A stretch of 64,000 bases of DNA from Geosiphon pyriformis uo1 (taxonomy: Eukaryota > Fungi > Glomeromycota), in the NCBI GenBank assembly GCA_016748015.1, contig JAAOMT010000690.1, positions 527,720 to 591,719 on the forward strand, in the 5' to 3' direction. How positions within the stretch are numbered: the first letter of the stretch is position 1; every line of letters begins with the position of its first letter. The notes below the pieces were generated by a model. That model had not been told where the DNA came from. It did no database searches and saw nothing but the letters and a program-made list of their open reading frames with translations. The translations under genes and the position numbers were made by a program. Below, piece by piece: positions 54,901 to 64,000 of this stretch.

Positions 54901-55544
54901 TGTTGTACTTTTTCTCAGATAAATTGGTGACTTTCTGGGGCGACTCAGTAGGCTTGTTGTCATCTTGGTTTGGCATCTCCTGTATAGATTTGGTGTTGAA
55001 CCAAATCAGTTCTTCTTAAGTCATTGTTGTTTTCGGCAAAGATGTCAGCAAATTCTGCAATTAGCTCTTTGAGCTGGGTCTGTTGTTGTGGTTCAAGTTG
55101 TTCCATGTTGATTCGAGATAGTTTTTCCATGACAACATGGTAGTTTTCAGAGCTAGAATTTGGGTTGATTTTTGGTAGTGAATGTCCAATAATTTCAGGG
55201 AAATCGGGGACTGTTTGAGATAATTCTTGTTAAAATATATTACTGTGAATAACTCCAATTTCTAAATTATTTAATAAAATTATGGGGTAATTATTGGAGT
55301 TGTAAAAAGTAACTTGGACTTTTTTTGTTCCTTCTGGAATATAAATGTTTGGGATCGAAATATTATGTTCCAAGCAGACTTGTTCATTGGACTCAAAAAT
55401 TTGTTGTGTGATTGTTGGCTTTGTGCAAGTGTAAATTTCTGGATGTTCTCCAAAGGGTGAGATGGTAATCGGTTGTGGAAGTCTGAGAATCTGGTGGGAT
55501 TCGTTCTGTGTGTTAAGAGCTATATTAACTGGAACTGTGAATTG

Positions 55545-55970
55545 TCTAGTTGAACCAAAATCTTGGGTTCTTCTATCGTTTTTTCCTAATTGTTCTCTTT
55601 GATTGACTAGTTGCAAACTCGAAATGTTGATTAAAGGTAGGTAAATAGCTTGGACAATTTTTTCTGCATGTTCAATCTTGAATGGTTTGTCAGTTTCATT
55701 TTGAAGCATCACTGTTATGTCTCCAGTATATCCAGCATCGATTATTTTTCCTCTGACATTGATTCCTTTGCTTGCCAGAGAGGACCAGGAGGCAATTTGA
55801 ACCATTGCTCCTGGTGGGATTTTGAGTGCAATTTTGAGGTTGATTTTTGTGAGAGATTTGGGTTTGAGAACAAGAGTATCCTTGCCTGGATATCTTAGGT
55901 CATATCCAGCATCAATTTCGTGTGCTTTTTCGGGTTTTATTTCTTGTCCATTGTTGTTGAAGTATTTAAG
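55545..55970 (-). pseudogene. Trimeric dUTPase domain within the Gypsy pol
   Basis: Motif 1 DAGYDL, motif 2 ASWSSLA (from RSS), motif 3 IIDAGYTG, motif 4 KIVQAI, motif 5 RRTQDFGSTR (from RG..GFGSTG). Confidence 0.9.
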
Positions 55971-56375
55971 TTGTAAGGCAGGCTGATTTTTAATAAGGTA
56001 GATGGGTGTTGTTTTAATTTCTTCTGTTTCTTCAGGTTCTCTAAATTCAATTTCATTCTCATCATTTTCGCTGGGCAAAGAGATACTAAAAGCATAGCAT
56101 TCAGGACACCATTGTTCATTGCAAGGCATAATGCATTCTTCACATAGCCTAATGTTTATTTGCTCTAATCATTGAATTTGAGCTTTTTGGGTCAGGTAGG
56201 TGTGACTTGCAATTTGGTGGTAGACTTCTACTTCATCTTTGTAATTGAATCCAGCCAATTCCATAGTGTATTCAATGTATTCTGCTTCCTTCATTTGACA
56301 AACATCTTCTTTGGTAGCTCCATTAATTAATGCCATTGCTAAGTCGAAAATCATCTCGGCATCATGAGGGTAGTG

Positions 56376-58051
56376 ATAAAGTTTGTTGAAAGCACTGTTG
56401 TATGCTGCATTAAAGGGTGTTTTTCTTTTTACTTTTTCTGAAATTGATAAAGCATATTGGCAGGTCTGATTGCAGATGCCTCCTTTCATTGCTACATTAA
56501 TTCAATTGCATTCTTCTGGTAGCATATCTCCACAAGTCAAACAAGGAGTGTTGTCCCATTTTCTGCTCCTTTTTATTAGATGGCCCCATCGCTCTCTGTG
56601 GCAAACCTTGCAGTAATAACAAGTATGATTCTCATATTCTTCTTCAGGTGAAATGCAGGCTCCTATTGACAATAGTTTCTTGTGACAGTCCTTATATTTA
56701 AGGGGAATATAGGGGCATTGTTTCCTTGGTTCGGGTTTTGAGTAAGATATATTCCATCCAGAGGTTTCGGGTTTAGTGTGTGGGATAAAATGTTCTTGTT
56801 TTGTTTCATCGGCCCAGTTGGACATTGATCCAAGAGCCATGAATGTTTTGATTATTGGTTTTTCTTCTTCTGGTTCAAATTCAAAAGCTGGGGCTTTTTT
56901 AGAGCGTTTGTTAAATGTACCACAAATGGCAGATACCCAGGCGTGTTGTCCTTGGTAGGAGATTGTTAACTCTTGTGTTTCCCAATTCAGATTAGCATTG
57001 GCTTTTTGAAGCCAATCATTTCCGACAAGAGCTTGGTACTGGGGTGTGTCCATTACAAAAACTTTGACTGAAATGGTGATTCCATCAAGAGTGAATAAAA
57101 AATTGTCAATTTCTCCTACTGGGGTCTTTTTTATGCCATCAGCAGTGACGATTACTGTTTGAGCTAGTCGGTCGACATTTCTTTTCAACTGTTGCATTAA
57201 CTGNNNNNNNNNNNNNNNNNNNNATAAAGTTTGTTGAAAGCACTGTTGTATGCTGCATTAAAGGGTGTTTTTCTTTTTACTTTTTCTGAAATTGATAAAG
57301 CATATTGGCAGGTCTGATTGCAGATGCCTCCTTTCATTGCTACATTAATTCAATTGCATTCTTCTGGTAGCATATCTCCACAAGTCAAACAAGGAGTGTT
57401 GTCCCATTTTCTGCTCCTTTTTATTAGATGGCCCCATCGCTCTCTGTGGCAAACCTTGCAGTAATAACAAGTATGATTCTCATATTCTTCTTCAGGTGAA
57501 ATGCAGGCTCCTATTGACAATAGTTTCTTGTGACAGTCCTTATATTTAAGGGGAATATAGGGGCATTGTTTCCTTGGTTCGGGTTTTGAGTAAGATATAT
57601 TCCATCCAGAGGTTTCGGGTTTAGTGTGTGGGATAAAATGTTCTTGTTTTGTTTCATCGGCCCAGTTGGACATTGATCCAAGAGCCATGAATGTTTTGAT
57701 TATTGGTTTTTCTTCTTCTGGTTCAAATTCAAAAGCTGGGGCTTTTTTAGAGCGTTTGTTAAATGTACCACAAATGGCAGATACCCAGGCGTGTTGTCCT
57801 TGGTAGGAGATTGTTAACTCTTGTGTTTCCCAATTCAGATTAGCATTGGCTTTTTGAAGCCAATCATTTCCGACAAGAGCTTGGTACTGGGGTGTGTCCA
57901 TTACAAAAACTTTGACTGAAATGGTGATTCCATCAAGAGTGAATAAAAAATTGTCAATTTCTCCTACTGGGGTCTTTTTTATGCCATCAGCAGTGACGAT
58001 TACTGTTTGAGCTAGTCGGTCGACATTTCTTTTCAACTGTTGCATTAACTG
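56376..58051. other. Apparently identical 828-bp tandem duplication flanking a 20-N gap (probable assembly artefact)
   Basis: 56376-57203 matches 57224-58051, with identical ORF translations at offset 848. Confidence 0.85.
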
Positions 58052-59442
58052 GTAGGTAATAATGCTTCCGGCAGATCCACTGTCTAGGATCAAGCGAATT
58101 GGCTTTCCTTCTACTTCAGCTTCTGTATACATTGCAGTGATGGCTTTTTGCTCATTAGCCACTGTATTGCTAAGCAAGAATGGTAATTCATTTGCTTCAA
58201 ATTCAAAAGGAAAGATATCAGAGAGATTGGCGTTTTCAGCAATTTGGGCTGGTGGAATAGTGGTGTGGTTATAAGAAGGGTTTCGTTGTTGTTGTGCTGC
58301 AGCTCTACCTTCCGAGAGTGCAGTATGGTGAAAATCCTGTTCTTCCAGTATTGTTAAATAACTGGGTTGAGTGTAGTAATAGTTGGGTCTTGGTTGAATG
58401 GTATTTCAGGGAACCAATTGGTTGTTTGAACTGATTCTACTGTTGTTTACTTGGTATCAGTTTTGTGGTGTGAATTGATTTTGTGTAATCAGTCTTCGAG
58501 CAGGTACTTGATAATATTGTGTGGGTGGTTGTTGGTATTGCTGTTGGATTGGTTGTGGAGCGGGCTGATAATAGTTATTTTGGTATNNNNNNNNNNNNNN
58601 NNNNNNNNNNNNNNNNNNNNNNNNNNNNNNNNNNNNNNNNNNNNNNNNNNNNNNNNNNNNNNNNNNNNNNNNNNNNNNNNNNNNNNNNNNNNNNNNNNNN
58701 NNNNNNNNNNNNNNNNNNNNNNNNNNNNNNNNNNNNNNNNNNNNNNNNNNNNNNNNNNNNNNNNNNNNNNNNNNNNNNNNNNNNNNNNNNNNNNNNNNNN
58801 NNNNNNNNNNNNNNNNNNNNNNNNNNNNNNNNNNNNNNNNNNNNNNNNNNNNNNNNNNNNNNNNNNNNNNNNNNNNNNNNNNNNNNNNNNNNNNNNNNNN
58901 NNNNNNNNNNNNNNNNNNNNNNNNNNNNNNNNNNNNNNNNNNNNNNNNNNNNNNNNNNNNNNNNNNNNNNNNNNNNNNNNNNNNNNNNNNNNNNNNNNNN
59001 NNNNNNNNNNNNNNNNNNNNNNNNNNNNNNNNNNNNNNNNNNNNNNNNNNNNNNNNNNNNNNNNNNNNNNNNNNNNNNNNNNNNNNNNNNNNNNNNNNNN
59101 NNNNNNNNNNNNNNNNNNNNNNNNNNNNNNNNNNNNNNNNNNNNNNNNNNNNNNNNNNNNNNNNNNNNNNNNNNNNNNNNNNNNNNNNNNNNNNNNNNNN
59201 NNNNNNNNNNNNNNNNNNNNNNNNNNNNNNNNNNNNNNNNNNNNNNNNNNNNNNNNNNNNNNNNNNTTAACTGTTGTAATGTTATAGTTCCCAAAGAGGT
59301 AGTCATTGATTCGATTTTCAATGTATTGAAAAAGTGTTTTCTTGAAAGCTATGATTCCGTCATGTATTTCAAATTGTTGTTTACAGTGTGTGTAAATCAA
59401 TTGATAGTACTCTAAGGTTGTGATGTCTGAGGCAGTTGCCAC
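57350..59442 (-). pseudogene. Gypsy gag (partly in gap) and aspartic protease
   Basis: Protease LILDSGSAGSII (D at ~58084) and ALVGNDWL; N/Q/P-rich gag tail. Confidence 0.82.
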
Positions 59443-59464
59443 TTTAAATTTGTTGCTGTGTTAC

Positions 59465-59482
59465 TTCCGTGGGAGAGCACCA
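59465..59482 (-). other. Primer-binding site TGGTGCTCTCCCACGGAA
   Basis: Starts 2 nt inside the 5' LTR boundary with TGG. Its complement ..TTCCGTGGGAGAGCACCA fits a tRNA 3' end (C61, A73-CCA). tRNA identity not verified; the GCUC acceptor suggests Thr or Ile. Confidence 0.85.
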
Positions 59483-59484
59483 AA

Positions 59485-60474
59485 TGTTACCGGAGGTTTT
59501 TGGTCTCTTTTCTGTAATGTTGTTGATTTTTATTTGCTGTGAATTCACGTTTTCAGGAAGTAGTTGAACCTCCAATAACTGAATTTATCTTCAAATTATC
59601 TTTTATAATTTGAACTTGCTGGGCTTATGAGTAGAATGGCCAATTTCATGCCAGTTGCTTTATGTAGTAAACGTCAACTCTTTCCCAGGAATTGCTTGTC
59701 TGGAAGCTTACTAAAAATGTGTAGTTACTTTGCTGTGAAAGTCAACTCTTCTACAGGAATTTCGTCTGTAGACTACTCTAATGATTGTAATAAGAAAAGA
59801 AAAGAAAAATAAAAAAAGTGTAAAAGAAATAGGATTTTATCAAGGGAAATGTTTTCTATCCAGGCCTGGAGTTACTAACAGTTTACTGAAATTGGTAGCT
59901 AATCAATTTCGAAATGTTAGTTGGTTTTTGGGGATTTTCCAAGGGCAATAATTAAAGAATTTGGTTTTTCAAATTATTTGGTATTTATTTCTTTTTGTGT
60001 GTGTAGAAATGGTTCTAAGTAATAAATCTAAAGTAAGATACATTTTCTCGAAAAAAGAAGCTCTTCTTTTATACAACTTGTTGTAACACTATTCTATGAA
60101 CTTGAATTTTGCTATTTTCTACAATTTCGCTGAACTAAAGATATATTTCGGCGAACTACAAGTTATTTCTGCGAACTATTAGATATTTTGGTGAACTATC
60201 AATTATTTTGGCAAATTTCTATAAATTTTGGCGAACTTCTATAAATTTCGGCAAACTTTTGAATGTTACATAGTTCGGGGTATTGCATGATTGATCATTG
60301 CAATTAGGTTACATTTGTGTTGTGTATAATTTGGGTTATTAATTAAATGATAATTTCGGACATTTTTTGCTAATGTAATAAGTAATAATTTGAAACAATA
60401 ATATATGTTAATTAATGATAAGAATTATGAGATAGTTTCATGCTAAATGATATCTCTAATTTCATTTGGTAACA
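59485..60474 (-). repeat. 5' LTR (990 bp)
   Basis: Direct repeat of 50683-51683; adjacent to the PBS. Confidence 0.95.
60124..60257. repeat. Seven-unit, 20-bp-period array in the LTR (core ATTTCGGCGAACT); second copy at 51333-51466
   Basis: Cores start at 60124, 60145, 60165, 60185, 60205, 60225 and 60245, separated by 7-8-nt variable spacers. Confidence 0.88.
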
Positions 60475-60478
60475 ACAT

Positions 60479-63400
60479 AGTGTGGCCCTTGATGTTCCTG
60501 GGAATTGGTCTAACCAATATTGGCCTTTAGATTATGTGTATGATGGCGCTTTTTTAGATGTAATGAGCTGTGTTAGTTTTGATGAAATGTCTGACGTGGT
60601 CTCTGTCCTACCTAATGGGAAGGCTGCTGGTCTCTTAGGCATCTCCAATGAACTTTGGAAGCACTGTGATAAATCTGTTTTCAATATGCTCTTGGTGCTT
60701 ATTAATTCTTGTCTTCGTGGTGAGTCTGTGCCTGGTGCTTGGAAGGAAGTCTGGGTGTCAATGATTCCTAAACCTTATGAATGGAAGGATGTGCTCACAA
60801 ACACTTATTCTATTGCTCTGATTGAAACGGCTCAAAAAATTCTTTCTAAGATTCTCTCTAATAGGATCTCTTTAGCATGTAGCAAGTTTAACGTTCTTCA
60901 TGGGGACAATTTTTCCATTCTCAAAGACACTACAACTCAGTCTCCCATTTTTGCAATTGGTTCGGTGATCGAAGACACTCTTGAAAAAAACCGGGAGCTC
61001 TGGCTGGTTTTACAAGACATGCGGAAAGCATATGATTTGGTCGGTTGGGATCATCTTAAAAAAAGTTTGGTTAGGATAAAAATGTGCTGCTGGTTTATTA
61101 GGTTCTTTGGGAATATTCATGGTGGTCATACAAACCAGGTTATGACTGATTTTGGGTTAACAGATAGTTATCATGTACACGATGGCTTGAACCAAGGGGA
61201 GGTGTTTTCGCCTCTTCTTTGGCATATATTTTATGATCCTCTCTTGTGCAAAGTTAAGAGACAGGAAAGTATGTGTGGTTACAGGTTAAATTCTCATTTC
61301 ATTGCTAAGACGGGCCATGTGGAGTCTCAGGCTGGTTTGTCGTCTTTCTTCGCTGCAGGCGCTTTTGTGGACGATACAATCTGGATGGGTAGCAGTCAGA
61401 CTGTCACTCAACACATTCTTGATGTGGCTAGTGAGTTCTTCCACATCAATGATATTTCTATTAATAATGATAAGACAGTGGTCATTCCAATTAATAGCCA
61501 TGCTAGTGCACCTTCTCTTTTCATCAGTGGATCCCCTATTTCTATAGCTAAGCCAGGCGAATCTCATTGTTATCTGGGTATCTTCGTGTCTTCTGAGAGA
61601 CTGTCAAAGCCCAGCCTGGCAAAAGCCCATTCAGATGTTCGTTTTTTTGTCAACTTGGTTCTAAGAAAGGCCATATTGGACAAACAATTTCTTTATTTAG
61701 TGTCAGCTGTTCTCCATCCCATCATCGGTTATAGAACTCAGTTTAGTTTTGTTCCTGTCAGTGTGTGTAATAAGTGGGATGCTTTGATTTGTAGGGGCTT
61801 GAAATCCAAGTCTGGATTGCCTCTTGATTTTCCCAGTAACACGATTCATCATCCTTTATTCTATGGGTTGAAATCTTTCACCCAGATTCAATCGGAAAGT
61901 AAGGTTGCTTCCCTTATTTGTTTTGCAAACTCAGTGGGAATCCTGGGTCATCTGTTCTCCCACAGGTCTCATGACTTACAGGTTTCGAGCTGGCGCTCTA
62001 TTCATTCTTTGAGTGTTCCTGTTCATGTACGAATCAGTCCTTTGAATAACTTCTTAGCGGGTGCTGTTTGTGTTCTCCTCGATTGCAACTTATCTTTGAG
62101 TGGATCTTTTGGTAGTCCATTTCAGCTTTGTGGTGGAGTACCCATGTCTACTATTCTCAATGAATCTAAATTTGTCAAGTTCTTTCCCTCACTCCGACAG
62201 TATGGCATCGCCTTTGTTGACCAATTCTGTAACCATCATGGAGCCGTGTTTGACTGGTACAAATTCAAGTGGTGAAAGAGGTTGGACTGCCGTGGCCCAA
62301 CTCCTGAGTGGTTCACGCTTTCTGTTAAGTTTCTGTCTGATACATCTTCTTCTCGTGCCCTTTCTCCTGCTTTGGCTGGTGTGGGTCTTCAGAGTATTCT
62401 CGCTTCTCCTGGCTTGGTGTTGGTTCGTGATCGGCTTTCCCAAGTTCTTTCTAGTAGTATTTCTGTTTATACAGATGGGTCTCTAACAAACCTAGGTACC
62501 AAGAATTGCACGGCTGGGGCTGGTGTTTTTTTCAGTGACATTGATCTGGGTTTGGGCGTTGGAGTTTCAGGTCTGCTGTCTTCTATGTTGGTGGAAATGC
62601 AGGCTATTGTGCTGGCACTGGAGTGTGTCCCCCGTTCTAGTTGTGTTCATCTGTTCTCTGACAGTCAAGCTGCTCTGAATGCCTGCAAGTTGGAATTGGG
62701 TATGGTGCGTCCAGATTTTCACAACTGTTGTTGGATCAAACGCCTGCATATTGTAAACATTATTCATAGTAAAAACTTATTGGTTGAATGGCACAAAGTA
62801 AAAGGCCACTCTGGTGTGATTGGAAATGAGCGTGCTGATGCTATAGCTGGTGTTTCTTCTTACTTGGGCTGGTTCCTTCCTTCCCAATCGCATGTGCGCT
62901 TCTTGTTGGCGGATGGTGGGACTGTTTCTGGTAATTCCAGACATTTTGTTTACGATATTTTTTGTTCTGTTAGTTGTGTGTACTGGAAGATTGGTTCTGG
63001 TTCTAAATTTCTGCCTGCCAGTTTGTTCGCAGACGTAGATTGGTCCTGCTCTTCACTGGTATGGCATCCTGATTCACATATGGCTGCTGGCCACACCGGC
63101 AAGCCCACAGCAGATGCGTACAGTTTTCTCATGAAGGCATTGCACCACCAGCTGCCTGTTGCTGTTCATAAACACTTGTATGACAGAAGATACCCCAGCG
63201 TATTGTGCTTATATTGTGGTGAGGTGGAGACATCAGATCATGTTTTCTCTTGCAAGACTGATGTCTCTGCGCATCTCTAGATACTGGATACATGTTCAAA
63301 ATCTTGGATGGTGCTTTCTGGCCTGTCTCTCTCTTCTTCCTGTGTGCTGCAATTGCTGTTTTCTTGTGCCTCTGATGTTTCTGTATTTACGGCTCTCTCT

Positions 63401-63748
63401 AAAGGGTTTGTTTTTATTGAGTGGCTTCGTAAAGCTATCTCTGTTTTCAAATGTCACAAGGCTGCTAGTTCGAAAATTGTTGAGTTTGTGTATTCTCTTA
63501 GTTTTGCTTTTAGGAATGATATTTGGTTGGTTAGGGTTAAGCATCATGCGTTTATGGAAAAAAATAATCTCATCCCACTTGACGGTTCGATTCCTATCTC
63601 GGTCTCTGGCTCAGCTTCTAGGTTCTCGGCTGGTGTTGTTAGGCTACTTGGTGTGGCTGAGGCTCTTGGTGTTCGTTTTGGCTTTCGTAAACAATGTTCT
63701 TTTTTTTCTGGTGTTGATGATTCTGTTTTGGTACATATAACTGTGTAG
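60479..63748 (+). pseudogene. LINE B ORF2, 3' part (RT, RNase H, Zn finger)
   Basis: QDMRKAYD, GLNQG, AFVDD, YLG; YTDGS, DSQ, KVKGHSG..GNERAD; CLYCGEVETSDHVFSC. Confidence 0.92.
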
Positions 63749-63894
63749 TGTTGTCCTGATTGGCCCAAGTGGCTGGTCACGTGTAGGAAAAGCATGATTC
63801 ACACTTAGTTTATATCATTTCTTTGATATATAACCCTAGGTAGTGTTTGGACCTCATTCATAAAACATAATAAAAAAAAAAATTATCAAAAAAA

Positions 63895-64000
63895 CTTCTT
63901 TCTCTCTTATCTCCAAAAATCCTCAAAAAGTGCATTTTCTGTAAAAAGAAGTTTTTTTGTTTTTTTAGTCTATATCAATATTTCTTTACTTAATAATAAC
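63895..64000 (+). mobile_element. 5' end of a further LINE, head-to-tail behind LINE B
   Basis: CTTCTTTCTCTCTTATCTCCAAAAATCCTCAAAAAG..AAAGAAGTTTTTT resembles the LINE B 5'UTR at 47293-47360. Confidence 0.6.

Larger units (their letters stand above)
50683..60474 (-). mobile_element. Full-length Ty3/Gypsy LTR retrotransposon (gag-PR-Cys-rich-dUTPase-RT-[RH in gap]-INT-ORF3)
   Basis: Two ~1-kb LTRs with TGTTAC..GTAACA ends; 4-bp TSD ACAT (50679-50682 and 60475-60478); PBS and PPT present; PR-RT-INT domain order. Confidence 0.96.
47292..63882 (+). mobile_element. Full-length LINE B, interrupted at 50682/60475 by an LTR retrotransposon
   Basis: ORF1 47424-49267; ORF2 49264-50682 plus 60479-63748 (EGWTCKH|SVALDV rejoins); poly(A) 63872-63882; candidate TSD AAATTATCAAAAA at 47264-47276 and 63880-63892. 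Confidence 0.93.

Noticed and set aside
56376-58051. Tandem duplication of the protease/Cys-rich region
   Set aside because: The copies appear identical and flank a 20-N gap in an element that is otherwise mutating; this is typical of an unmerged contig overlap.
51899-59442. Long ORFs made of X residues
   Set aside because: They are artefacts of N-gaps; frames across gaps are unreliable.
59485-59790. Possible coding frame inside the LTR running through the PBS into gag
   Set aside because: Several stops and an ambiguous frame; a family consensus would be needed to support it.
60124-60257. CRISPR-like repeat-spacer look of the LTR array
   Set aside because: 13-bp cores and 7-bp spacers are far too short, there are no cas genes, and it lies in a eukaryotic LTR.

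Overview
AT-rich eukaryotic scaffold with short GT-AG introns and N-gaps. The gene and transposon families point to a Glomeromycota-type (Geosiphon/arbuscular mycorrhizal) fungus; this is an inference. From 1 to ~24 kb lies a host-gene compartment: a secreted GDSL/SGNH esterase, a PY-motif membrane protein, an N-acylated SAM methyltransferase, an MLKL-like four-helix-bundle pseudokinase with a possible novel repeat tail, and a cytochrome P450. From ~25 to 64 kb lies a nested transposon field. It holds a fossil Ty3/Gypsy element, several generations of an APE-RT-RNaseH LINE, and a full Ty3/Gypsy element (dUTPase, Cys-rich insert, extra 3' ORF, phased palindrome array in the LTR) inserted into a LINE. 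Most notable are two Crinkler-like cassettes that share the same left end, upstream region and coiled-coil first exon. They switch, at or in the first intron, to different C-terminal modules: a decayed P-loop NTPase versus an intact PD-(D/E)xK-like domain plus kinase. The intact cassette is bounded by ~20-bp inverted repeats. All repeats show strong C>T/G>A decay, including at non-CpG sites. Exon boundaries were read by eye.
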